A DNA stretch of 50,908 nucleotides from Chthoniobacterales bacterium. GTDB lineage: Bacteria; Verrucomicrobiota; Verrucomicrobiia; Chthoniobacterales; JACTMZ01. The position numbers and the translations under genes were made by a program. Location: the NCBI GenBank assembly GCA_049451035.1, contig JBMTVD010000003.1:1-50908 (forward strand), read 5' to 3'. The number at the start of each line of letters is the position of its first letter. Position 1 is the first letter of the stretch. The notes under the pieces are model-generated. The model had not been told where the DNA came from. It searched no databases and worked only from the letters and a program-made list of their open reading frames with translations. Below are positions 1 to 8,844 of this stretch, in pieces.

Positions 1-68
1 TGATCCGCAAAGACGGTTTGTTTGTTGTGCCGGAACTTAAGTCTCTCAATCCCGAGCGGATCAGATAG
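1..68 (+). CDS. 3' end of a gene, probably an M29-family aminopeptidase (partial)
   Basis: Frame from nt 3 reads IRKDGLFVVPELKSLNPERIR* (TAG 66-68). This resembles the 'IRKDG.FV.PEL..LNP' C-terminus of M29 aminopeptidases. Only 21 residues are visible. Confidence 0.55.
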   Translation, partial: IRKDGLFVVPELKSLNPERIR

Positions 69-122
69 CAGGCGGCTCTGTCGCTCCGGATATCTCAGCA
101 GCCAAGTGGCGCCCGTCTGGCC

Positions 123-1274
123 TCAAGACTGGCCCGGGGTGGCAATGGTTTTACGGTAGGAAGCGAGTAGTTGCTGCATCTTGACCTCCACCGTGAGTTC
201 CCGCTCGGCATAAGATCTTCCGGCCTGCCCGAGGCGATGCGCAAGTTCAGGGTCTTTGGCCAAATGCACCATGCGTTCGGCCAGTTGTTCTGCGTTGCCG
301 GGCTCAATAAGGAAACCGTTGTGTTCCTCCTGGACGATTTCGGGAATGCCTCCGACGCGTGAACCGATGACTGGCTTGCCGGTGGCAAAAGCTTGGGGAA
401 TGACCAGGGTCTGGGCCTCTTGGCTGGAGGGGACGACGAGACCATCCAAAGCGCGCATGACCTGCGGAATATCACGGCGGAAGCCGGTCATGATGACCGG
501 GCCGGGAGAAGTAGAAGTGCCGAATTCAGTCGAAATGATCCGACGGATATTCGCTTCCACCGGTCCGTCCTGTCTTCCGCTGCCCACGATGACGAACCGG
601 GCGTGGGAGCAAGAGCTGAGTAACTTGCGAGCAGCCCGGAGGAAGGTGTCATGCCCTTTCTCCTCGCGGAGCATGGCAACGACTCCAAAGAGGGGGGCGT
701 CGTTCGGGATGCCGAACTCGCGGCGGAACAAAGAGCCGTCCCCGGGGCTGAACTCCTCGGTGTCCACGCACTCTCCGATGACATCGATACGCTCGTCGGG
801 CACGCCGAGCGTATCGCGCATCGTCCGCGCGATGAAGTGGGCTGCTGCGATGAGTCTCCTGCATCCGCTGCGGTAGGCGATTCTCCGGCCGGTCCGCATC
901 TTGCCGGGGAGCGTTGTGTGTCTGGAGCGGACGACCGGTATGCCTCTCATGTGGAACCAGGAGGCGAACCAAGCGTCCTTGGAGCTTCGGGCGTGGATCA
1001 CATCGGGTTTTTCACGACGGACCAATTTGGAAAGCTCCATGAGTCCGGTGAAGTCGACATTCGTGCGAAAGGGGACGGCCCGCGCCTCCACTCCCGCGGC
1101 GCCGGCCCGTCCGATGATGGTCGCATCGTCGTTGCAGGCCAGAGCCACTTTGTGGCCCTTCTCTTGCAGCCATACGGCTTCGCGCAGCAGACGGTCTTCC
1201 TGGCCACCCCAGCCGGGACTGCTTTCCAGCATGAGGACTTTCAGTTTTTTTTCGCCTTCTTGATTGGCTTGCAT
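123..1274 (-). CDS. Glycosyltransferase family 4 (GT-B)
   Basis: N-terminal 'KVLMLESSPGWGGQE', 'KGH' motif, 'PSSQEAQTLVIPQAFATGKPVIGSRVGGIPE' nucleotide-sugar binding region. Start placed at MQANQ (ATG 1274). Confidence 0.9.
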   Translation of the reverse strand: MQANQEGEKKLKVLMLESSPGWGGQEDRLLREAVWLQEKGHKVALACNDDATIIGRAGAAGVEARAVPFRTNVDFTGLMELSKLVRREKPDVIHARSSKDAWFASWFHMRGIPVVRSRHTTLPGKMRTGRRIAYRSGCRRLIAAAHFIARTMRDTLGVPDERIDVIGECVDTEEFSPGDGSLFRREFGIPNDAPLFGVVAMLREEKGHDTFLRAARKLLSSCSHARFVIVGSGRQDGPVEANIRRIISTEFGTSTSPGPVIMTGFRRDIPQVMRALDGLVVPSSQEAQTLVIPQAFATGKPVIGSRVGGIPEIVQEEHNGFLIEPGNAEQLAERMVHLAKDPELAHRLGQAGRSYAERELTVEVKMQQLLASYRKTIATPGQS

Positions 1275-1304
1275 GGCGCAGTGGCTAATCGAGACCATAG
1301 CGGC

Positions 1305-2093
1305 ATGGCGAAGACCATGAAGCACAATATCTACTTCGCTGAGTTGGCCCCGTTCCGCAGGTTGTTCAGCTCGGGCCTTCCGGTTTTATGTTATCATAAA
1401 ATCGGGACGAAGCCACCGGGGGCAAAAGTCAAGGGGGGCTACATGAGTGCCGCCCTTTTCACGCGACAGATGATGCAGTTGCGTGAAGAAGGCTATACTT
1501 CAGTTTCGCCGCGCGGTCCGGCGGGGACTGGCTCCACTCCACGTGAGATAGTGTTGACCTTCGATGACGGTAGCCTGTCGGTGCTGGAAAATGCCGTAGG
1601 ACCGATGGCGGACGCCGGTTACAGGGCCATCAACTACCTGGTTTCTGATCTCCTCGGTTCTGTGAATCAATGGGATGTGGCCTGGGGTGAAGTCCCGGAT
1701 CGCTTGATGGACGACGCCCAAATCAGGGAGTGGATGGCCGCCGGCCACGAGATCGGAGCGCATACCAGAACACACCCGAGGCTTTCGCGTCTCCCGCCCG
1801 CGCAAGCACGTGAAGAAATTGCGGGAAGCAAAAAGAGTCTCGAAGACAGGTTTGGTGTTTCCGTCCGGCACTTTTGCTATCCCTATGGAGACCACTCGCC
1901 GACAGTTCGCAGCATGGTGGAGGAGGCCGGTTTCGAGACAGCGGTCACCGTCGAACCCGGGGTCTGGCGTCCAGCTACGGACCGATTCCTTATCCCGCGC
2001 ATCGCGGCTCGGCCTTACAGCCGGAACCTCCGTAATTTTTTCAAGCTGCTGTTGGGCCGTCCACTCCTCGATACAGGACGGCTCGGTGGCTAA
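1305..2093 (+). CDS. Polysaccharide deacetylase (NodB/CE4 family)
   Basis: Motifs 'VLCYH', 'LTFDDG', 'HTRTH', 'FCYPYG'. Start at ATG 1305 or 1317; the upstream part of the 651 ORF is antisense to the GT4 gene. Confidence 0.9.
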   Translation: MAKTMKHNIYFAELAPFRRLFSSGLPVLCYHKIGTKPPGAKVKGGYMSAALFTRQMMQLREEGYTSVSPRGPAGTGSTPREIVLTFDDGSLSVLENAVGPMADAGYRAINYLVSDLLGSVNQWDVAWGEVPDRLMDDAQIREWMAAGHEIGAHTRTHPRLSRLPPAQAREEIAGSKKSLEDRFGVSVRHFCYPYGDHSPTVRSMVEEAGFETAVTVEPGVWRPATDRFLIPRIAARPYSRNLRNFFKLLLGRPLLDTGRLGG

Positions 2094-3436
2094 TCGCCAT
2101 TCGCTTCATCGGTCTCGAAAAGGGCGCGCCAGTGGGCCAAGCGCTCGGCAATCCGCTTTTCCTCCCCACGGTCGGAGGGCTCATAAAAGACGCGACCTGC
2201 GGGCAAGTAAGCCTGGGGTATGAAGGCATCGGGAAAGTCATGCGAATACTTGTAGCCTTCGCCGCGGCCGAGCCGGTCGGCGCCTTTGTAGTGCTTGTCC
2301 CGCAGATGATCGGGCACAGCAAGGGTGCGTCCGCTTTGCAGGTCTTTCTGCGCGGCCAGCAGCGCGGCGTAGGCCCGGTTGCTCTTCGGCGCGGTGGCCA
2401 GGTAGACCGTGGCGTGGGCGAGGGGAATTTGCGCCTCGGGCAGGCCGACAAACTCGCACGCCTGCTGCGCGGCGACGGCCACCAGCAGGCCCCGCGAGTC
2501 GGCCAACCCGATGTCCTCGCTGGCGGCGATGACCAGACGCCGCGCGATGAATCGGATGTCTTCCCCCGCATGGAGCATCTTGGCCAGCCAGTAAAGCGCC
2601 GCATCGGGATCACCGCCGCGGATGCTTTTGATAAAAGCGCTGATGGTGTCGTAATGCGCGTCATCTTGCGCGTCGTAGACGATCGCCTTGCGCTGGATGC
2701 AATCTTCGATGACCCCGCGGCTGAGGACGATGATCCCGTCTTTGGCCGGCGGCGTGGTCAGGGTGGCCAGTTCCAGTGCGTTGAGACAACGACGGGCGTC
2801 CCCGTCGCATACTTCCGCCAAATGCTCTGCCGCATCATCCTCGAGACGGATCTTCTCGGACCCCAGCCCCCTTTCCGGGTCGGTCAGTGCTCGGCTCATC
2901 AGGCTCAGGAGGTCGGCCGCCGCCAGCGGGCGGAGTTCGAAGACCATGGAACGCGAAACGAGCGGGCTGTTGACGTAAAAAAAGGGGTTCATGGTCGTGG
3001 CCCCGATCAACCGCACGGTCCCGCGCTCGACGTCCGGCAGCAGCACATCCTGCTGTGATTTGTTGAACCGGTGGATTTCATCGACGAACAAAATGGTACG
3101 GGTGCCGTCCCGGGCCAGGCGCGCGGCCGCGGATGCGAGCGTTCTCCGGAGGTCCGCGACATTGCTTTCCACCCCGCTGAGCCGTTCGAAACAGGCTCGC
3201 GTCATGCGGGCAATGACTCCGGCGAGGCTGGTTTTGCCCGTTCCCGGGGGACCGTAGAGAACAATGGAGGAAAATCGGTCGCCCTCAACGGCCCTGCGCA
3301 ACAATCGGCCCGGCCCGAGAATGTGCTGCTGACCGGCGTATTCGTCCAAATTCCGCGGTCTCATCCGCTCGGCCAGCGGGGCGTGGGGCGCCGGCGGTGT
3401 CGGGCCGGCGGCTTCGGTACCGAAAAGATCGTCCAT
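2090..3436 (-). CDS. rarA: Replication-associated recombination protein A (MgsA/RarA AAA+ ATPase)
   Basis: 'PLAERMRP', Walker A GPPGTGKT, 'DEIHRFNKSQQD', 'HYDTISAFIKSIRG', 'ASEDIGLAD'. Confidence 0.95.
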   Translation of the reverse strand: MDDLFGTEAAGPTPPAPHAPLAERMRPRNLDEYAGQQHILGPGRLLRRAVEGDRFSSIVLYGPPGTGKTSLAGVIARMTRACFERLSGVESNVADLRRTLASAAARLARDGTRTILFVDEIHRFNKSQQDVLLPDVERGTVRLIGATTMNPFFYVNSPLVSRSMVFELRPLAAADLLSLMSRALTDPERGLGSEKIRLEDDAAEHLAEVCDGDARRCLNALELATLTTPPAKDGIIVLSRGVIEDCIQRKAIVYDAQDDAHYDTISAFIKSIRGGDPDAALYWLAKMLHAGEDIRFIARRLVIAASEDIGLADSRGLLVAVAAQQACEFVGLPEAQIPLAHATVYLATAPKSNRAYAALLAAQKDLQSGRTLAVPDHLRDKHYKGADRLGRGEGYKYSHDFPDAFIPQAYLPAGRVFYEPSDRGEEKRIAERLAHWRALFETDEANGD

Positions 3437-3491
3437 GAGTCTCCGAATTTAGCTTGGCCGCCCCTTGGCGCGAGGCGGATATTGTCCCGGC

Positions 3492-4760
3492 ATGACAAAA
3501 GGCGATTTGGCAGGACAGATCGGTGAAATGGGCAGGCGCGCACGTCGCGCGGCCCGGGCTTTGGCTCTTTGTTCGACCGATGCCAAGAATGCAGCCTTGC
3601 AGGCCATGGCCGACGCCATCGCGGCGGCCGAAGCGGAGATAATCCAGGCCAACGCCAAGGATCTCGAGGCGGCACCGGGGTACGGCCTCAACGCCGCGGC
3701 GATGGACCGCCTTCGGCTGACGCCTGATCGCATCCGCACCATGGCTTCAGGGGTTCGTGAAGTCGCCTTGCTGGCCGATCCGGTCGGCGAAATTATCCGC
3801 TCCTGGACGCGGCCCAACGGCCTCAAAATCACCAAAATCCGCGTGCCGATCGGTGTCGTCGGTATCATCTACGAGTCGCGTCCGAACGTCACCGCCGACG
3901 CCGCCGTGCTGTGCCTCAAGTCGGGCAACGCCTGCATTTTGCGGGGCGGCAAAGAGTCCCTCCACTCCAATCTGGCCATTGCCCGAGCCCTTTCCGCGGG
4001 TGCGGCAAACGCCGGACTCTCGCCGGATATCATACAGTTGGTGCCCTTCACCGATCGTGAAGGTGTTCGTCTCCTCGCGCAAATGGACCGCTATCTCGAC
4101 GTCATCGTGCCGCGCGGAGGGCACGCGTTGATCGAGGCCGTGGTGGAGCACGCGCGCATGCCGGTCATCAAGCACTACCACGGCGTCTGTCATGTCTTTG
4201 TTGACCGTTCGGCCGATCCCGGGATGGCCGAGAAGATCGTCGTCAACGCCAAATGCCAGCGCCCCGGCGTGTGCAACGCCATGGAGACACTCCTCGTCCA
4301 TCGCGACATCGCGGAGCAGTTTCTTCCGAAGATCGCTGCCGCGCTGGGCGGCAAGGGGGTCGAGTTGCGCGGCGATCACCGGACCTGCGAAGTTTTGGGC
4401 GCCATGGCCAAATCCGCCGGCGAGCAGGACTGGACCGCCGAATACCTGGATTTGATCCTGAGCATCCGCGTGGTCGACTCGCTCGAGGAAGCCGTTGATC
4501 ACATCGAGCAGTACGGCTCGCATCACACCGACACCATCGTCACCGCGGACCCGGACGCGGCGCGGAAGTTCCTGGCCGCGGTCGACTCCGCGACGGTCAT
4601 GTGGAACGCCTCGACGCGTTTCAGTGACGGGGGGGAATTCGGTTTCGGTGCCGAGATCGGGATCAGCACCGATAAACTTCATGCCCGGGGCCCGATGGGC
4701 CTCGAGGAGCTGACGACATACAAATATCTTGTCGAGGGCACAGGTCAGGTGCGCGGCTGA
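3492..4760 (+). CDS. proA: Gamma-glutamyl phosphate reductase
   Basis: 'IIYESRPNVT', 'CNAMETLLVH', 'NASTRFSDGGEFGFGAEIGISTDKLHARGPMGL'. Start at ATG 3492. Confidence 0.97.
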   Translation: MTKGDLAGQIGEMGRRARRAARALALCSTDAKNAALQAMADAIAAAEAEIIQANAKDLEAAPGYGLNAAAMDRLRLTPDRIRTMASGVREVALLADPVGEIIRSWTRPNGLKITKIRVPIGVVGIIYESRPNVTADAAVLCLKSGNACILRGGKESLHSNLAIARALSAGAANAGLSPDIIQLVPFTDREGVRLLAQMDRYLDVIVPRGGHALIEAVVEHARMPVIKHYHGVCHVFVDRSADPGMAEKIVVNAKCQRPGVCNAMETLLVHRDIAEQFLPKIAAALGGKGVELRGDHRTCEVLGAMAKSAGEQDWTAEYLDLILSIRVVDSLEEAVDHIEQYGSHHTDTIVTADPDAARKFLAAVDSATVMWNASTRFSDGGEFGFGAEIGISTDKLHARGPMGLEELTTYKYLVEGTGQVRG

Positions 4761-4763
4761 GCA

Positions 4764-5039
4764 ATGAGCAAAACGATGCAGGTCTTTTACGAGGGGCGCG
4801 TGCAGGGAGTCGGTTTCCGCTACACGGCGCGTCGCGTTGCCGCCGGATTCGATGTGCTCGGCTACGTCCGCAACCTGCCGGACGGCCGGGTCGAGTTGGT
4901 GGCCGCGGGCGAAGCCGGGGAAGTCGACGAGTTTCTTGCCGCCATGCGCGACAGCGAGTTGGCCGGTCACATCGAAAACGAATCCGCCGCGGAGATCGGG
5001 GCAACCGCCGGTTTGCGCGGGTTCGAAATCAGGGCATGA
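4764..5039 (+). CDS. acyP: Acylphosphatase
   Basis: 'GRVQGVGFR' and 'GYVRNLPDGRVE' signatures, 91 aa. Confidence 0.95.
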   Translation: MSKTMQVFYEGRVQGVGFRYTARRVAAGFDVLGYVRNLPDGRVELVAAGEAGEVDEFLAAMRDSELAGHIENESAAEIGATAGLRGFEIRA

Positions 5040-5911
5040 GCACGGCAGCCGTCGAAATCGAGCACCTTACGAAGGTTTTTCCCGTGCCTTTGCGGCGCGG
5101 ACGGATCGTCGCAGTGCGCGATCTCTCGCTGCGCGTGGAGAAGGGGGAAGTCTACGGACTGCTCGGGCCCAACGGTTCCGGCAAAAGCACGACTCTCAAA
5201 ATACTGCTCGGACTAGTCAGCGCGACCAGCGGAACCACACGCGTTTTTGGCGAGGAAAGCCGCTCGGTGCGCAGCCGCCAGGACGTCGGTTTTGTTCCGG
5301 AGAATCCTTATTTTTACAAATTTCTGACCGGCGCGGAGGCCATCCGGTTTTTCGGTAAACTCAGCGGCATGTCGGGCCAAGCCCTCGAGGTGCGCGTGGC
5401 CGAGTTGCTCGAGTTGGTCGGCCTGGCCGAGGCCGCGGTGCGGCGTGTCGGTTCCTATTCCAAGGGCATGTTGCAGCGCATCGGACTCGCCCAAGCCTTG
5501 GTGCAGGATCCGGGTTTGCTTGTCTTGGACGAACCCACGGCGGGCGTCGATCCGGTCGGTTCGCGCGAGATCCGCGATCTCATCATCGAACTCAAAACCC
5601 GCGGCAAGACCGTCTTGCTCTGCTCGCACCTTCTCTCCCAAGTCCAAGAGGTCTGCGACCGGGTCGGCATCTTGGCCCGTGGCGCGCTGGTGCGCGAGGG
5701 CCGTGTCGAGGACCTTCTCACCGTGGGTGACCGCAACGAGATCGTCCTTGAAAATGCCACCCCCGAGCAGTTGGCCGAAATCAGGCGGGCGGCGGAGCGT
5801 GTGGGGGTCAGCGTGGTTTCGTCGGGTCGGGTGCAGACCACGCTGGAGAACCTTTTCCTCGACGCCATCGCGCCCGGCCAATCCCCGGACGCGGGACCGG
5901 GGCGGCACTGA
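5036..5911 (+). CDS. ABC transporter ATP-binding protein (no adjacent permease)
   Basis: Walker A GPNGSGKST, signature YSKGMLQR, Walker B LVLDEP, H-loop CSH. ATGA overlap with acyP. Confidence 0.92.
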   Translation: MSTAAVEIEHLTKVFPVPLRRGRIVAVRDLSLRVEKGEVYGLLGPNGSGKSTTLKILLGLVSATSGTTRVFGEESRSVRSRQDVGFVPENPYFYKFLTGAEAIRFFGKLSGMSGQALEVRVAELLELVGLAEAAVRRVGSYSKGMLQRIGLAQALVQDPGLLVLDEPTAGVDPVGSREIRDLIIELKTRGKTVLLCSHLLSQVQEVCDRVGILARGALVREGRVEDLLTVGDRNEIVLENATPEQLAEIRRAAERVGVSVVSSGRVQTTLENLFLDAIAPGQSPDAGPGRH

Positions 5912-5913
5912 CG

Positions 5914-6957
5914 GTGAGTGCCGTCGTTTTCAAACCCGACGAGATCGGGGATTTTGTCATGGCCACGGGGGCCATTCGCCTCCTCGCGCGGTTCCACGGT
6001 GAGGAGGAGACCACCCTCCTGGTAAAAACCGAAGTTGCGTCCTTGGCCCGCCGTGAATTTCCGAGGGCCAAGGTCATTGCTTTGCCTTGGCAGGCAAAGC
6101 GCAAGGGCTACAACCGCACCCTGGTCAACTTGCGAGGTTGCTTTCCGGTTTGGCTTCGTTTGCGAGGCGTGCGATGCGACCAATGTGTCTGTCTGCGCAC
6201 CCGCCGTAGCTTTATCCAGAGCGCTTTGTTCGGCGCCCCGCGTGCCGGGCAACGTATCGCCTCCGAGAACGTTCTCGCCAAAACGGGCGGCATGCGCCGG
6301 CGTTTGCTCGAGGCGTCCATGGCCTTGCTCGCGCGGCCGCACTTGACTCCCTACCCCTCGGGAGATCCTGAGTTGCCCGATGAACTCGCGTCGCACCGTT
6401 CTGTTGTCTCAATGGCGCTCGGCCGCGAAGTCACCGCGGACGAAATCATGCCCCTGTTGCCCTCGGCCGCTTGGCGCGGGGGCGGGGGCTTGCTGCTGTG
6501 TCCTTTCAGCTCGCGCACCGCCAAGGATTACTGCGTTTCGCGCTGGTCTGCCGCGCTGCAGAAGGCATCTCTGCAGGGCGATCTGCCGCCCCTTCTACTG
6601 GCCGGCGCCCCGGATCAACGGACAAGATTACAAGACTTTGCCGCCACGCTGCGGGTTTTCGGACTTTCCTGCCGGGTGGCGGATTCTGTGTCTTTGGAGA
6701 AGTTTCCCGAGTTGGTGGCGCGCGCCGATGCAGTTCTCACGGTGGATACGGCCGCCGCGCACTTTGCCTGTGCGTGCCGCGCGCCCGCCGTCATCGTCGC
6801 CTGCGGCCTGCACCACGGAACCTACGGGCCGTATAGTGCGGACGGAAGACAAGTCTGGCTGTCGGGCGATTGGGCCGGTCGCGGACGCGACGGATGGCAG
6901 GAAACGGTGCCAGTCTCGGCAGTCGCGTCAGCGATCAGGCGCGTGATGCGGCTTTGA
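5914..6957 (+). CDS. Glycosyltransferase family 9 (heptosyltransferase-like)
   Basis: 'KPDEIGDFVMAT' N-terminal motif, 'PFSSRTAKDY', 'LTVDTAAAHFA' (cf. DSG..HLA). GTG start. Confidence 0.75.
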   Translation: MSAVVFKPDEIGDFVMATGAIRLLARFHGEEETTLLVKTEVASLARREFPRAKVIALPWQAKRKGYNRTLVNLRGCFPVWLRLRGVRCDQCVCLRTRRSFIQSALFGAPRAGQRIASENVLAKTGGMRRRLLEASMALLARPHLTPYPSGDPELPDELASHRSVVSMALGREVTADEIMPLLPSAAWRGGGGLLLCPFSSRTAKDYCVSRWSAALQKASLQGDLPPLLLAGAPDQRTRLQDFAATLRVFGLSCRVADSVSLEKFPELVARADAVLTVDTAAAHFACACRAPAVIVACGLHHGTYGPYSADGRQVWLSGDWAGRGRDGWQETVPVSAVASAIRRVMRL

Positions 6958-7705
6958 CAATTTTGGCGAAGCCGCGGGGCTCAAGGCTGGCGCCGCCAAC
7001 CAGTGCGCCGTCGATATCCGGCTGGTGGAGAAGTTCCTTGGCATTGTCCGGCTTGACGCTGCCGCCGTATTGGATGCGCACTTTCGATGCCGTCGTGGCA
7101 TCAAAGATCTCCCCCAAAGTCTTGCGGATGAAGGCATGCGCCTCCTGCGCTTGCTCGGGTGAAGCGGTGCGCCCGGTGCCGATGGCCCAGACGGGCTCGT
7201 AGGCGATCACGGTGTCGAGCATCTCTTCGGTGTCGAGTCCGGCCAGAGAGCCCTTGAGCTGGCGGGAGAGGACTTCATGCACCCGCCCCGCATCCCGCTC
7301 CTCGAGCGTCTCCCCCACGCAAAGAATGGGGCGGAGGCTGGCAGCGTGGGCCGCTTTGACCTTCTTGTTGATGAGTTCATCGGACTCCCCGAAAATGGTG
7401 CGGCGCTCGCTGTGTCCCAGCACGACATAGCGGGTGAAGAATTCGCGCAGCATGCCCGCGCTGACCTCGCCGGTGTAGGCTCCGGAGGGTTCGTGCCACA
7501 TATTTTGCGCACCAAGAACGACCCCCGGCATCTCGCCGATGATTTCCGACAACTTGGGTAGCACGGTAAACGGCGGAACGATGACAACTTCGGCGCCATC
7601 GAAGTTTTTCAACTCCAGCTCCAAGTCTTCCATGAACGCCGCCGCCTCGGAGGACGTCATGTTCATTTTCCAATTTGCGGCGATGATTTTTTTGCGGATA
7701 GCCAT
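6935..7705 (-). CDS. tpiA: Triosephosphate isomerase
   Basis: 'AANWKMN', 'LGHSERR', 'AYEPVWAIGTG', 'YGGSV', 'LVGGASL'. Start at ATG 7705. Confidence 0.98.
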   Translation of the reverse strand: MAIRKKIIAANWKMNMTSSEAAAFMEDLELELKNFDGAEVVIVPPFTVLPKLSEIIGEMPGVVLGAQNMWHEPSGAYTGEVSAGMLREFFTRYVVLGHSERRTIFGESDELINKKVKAAHAASLRPILCVGETLEERDAGRVHEVLSRQLKGSLAGLDTEEMLDTVIAYEPVWAIGTGRTASPEQAQEAHAFIRKTLGEIFDATTASKVRIQYGGSVKPDNAKELLHQPDIDGALVGGASLEPRGFAKIVKAASRA

Positions 7706-7770
7706 CGGATAAGGGGTGGAAAAACTAGCCGAGGCCCGGGGAGCTGACAAGCTCTCCGTGGCCGGACCGC

Positions 7771-8844
7771 TCAAAGGAGAGGTTCGATCGCTTTGAGGGC
7801 CGGCCAGAAAAGCGGATGACGCCCCACGCGGGCCAGCTCCGAGAGCAGAATGTCGGCAATTTTTTCGCGTCCCGCCGGAAGCATTTGGGAGAATGACGCG
7901 CCGCAGGCCGAGTGGAATTCGATGCCGTAGAACTCACCGTTTGCGGTGCGCTCAACCGAAGCGTGGGCCCCGGGAAAGTGCAGTCCGATCGAAGCGATGG
8001 CGGCGGAGGCGGATTGGTCCTCTTGCAAGGTGAAAGAGCATTCGCCGCCATCGCGCCTGCGGAAGAAACTTTTCGTTCCGGCCCGCTCAAGATGGCAGCC
8101 CAGGCGGCTGGCCACCCATCCCAGCACTTCCAGCGCGGTCACCCGGTGGCCGGGCCGGTGACGAATTTCCACATCCTCGAGGCGCGGCAACTTTTCGCGT
8201 GCAGCCGGAACATCGAAGATCTGTGCGATGGCGTAGCGGAGATGAAAAGATCGCGTCCAATTGAGGTCGCAAATCGCGCAATGGCCCGCGCCGATGTTTT
8301 CGATGGCGCGCAGGATGGCAAACTGGCGGGCCGGGTTGTCCCATGACTGGCTGTCGATAATGAGGCGGTCGACGCGCGTCCAAAGCCGCGCGTCGGGTTC
8401 GGGATGCAGGGCGCCCTGCCACCAAAAACAGAGCGGCAGGTCGGAGTCGAGGTGGGAAAAAACAATGTTGGGCAGGCGCTCCGTCGCGGGTCCCCCCAGG
8501 CGGAACGTGATTTGCTCCGAACAGATCTCCTTCGGGCCCCCGGCCTCGCGCATGTGGCAGTGCGCGGTGATCCACGCTTCGACGCCGGTCTTGCCGCCCG
8601 CCGGTTCGGCCTGGACCAGCAATGCGCGGAAGGCATGGTCGGCGGCGATCTCCGCCAGCAGCGGCGTGTTGCCCGCAATGGCTTCGGGTGACTCGCTGTA
8701 AATGACGAGATTGACCAGCGACGCGCGGACCTTGCCGGCATCGGATGCGGTCCAGAGTTCGCCGAGGCGGCGGTCGATTTCCCCCACCGCGACGGGCAGC
8801 CCGGGCGAGACGGTCTGCGTCACGGGCGTCACAAGCGTCGCCAA
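7771..8844 (-). CDS. opcA: Glucose-6-phosphate dehydrogenase assembly protein OpcA
   Basis: Directly downstream of zwf. Motifs 'RASLVNLVI', 'ICSEQI', 'DLP.CFWWQG', 'DRLIIDS', 'DLNWTR'. Confidence 0.85.
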   Translation of the reverse strand: MATLVTPVTQTVSPGLPVAVGEIDRRLGELWTASDAGKVRASLVNLVIYSESPEAIAGNTPLLAEIAADHAFRALLVQAEPAGGKTGVEAWITAHCHMREAGGPKEICSEQITFRLGGPATERLPNIVFSHLDSDLPLCFWWQGALHPEPDARLWTRVDRLIIDSQSWDNPARQFAILRAIENIGAGHCAICDLNWTRSFHLRYAIAQIFDVPAAREKLPRLEDVEIRHRPGHRVTALEVLGWVASRLGCHLERAGTKSFFRRRDGGECSFTLQEDQSASAAIASIGLHFPGAHASVERTANGEFYGIEFHSACGASFSQMLPAGREKIADILLSELARVGRHPLFWPALKAIEPLL

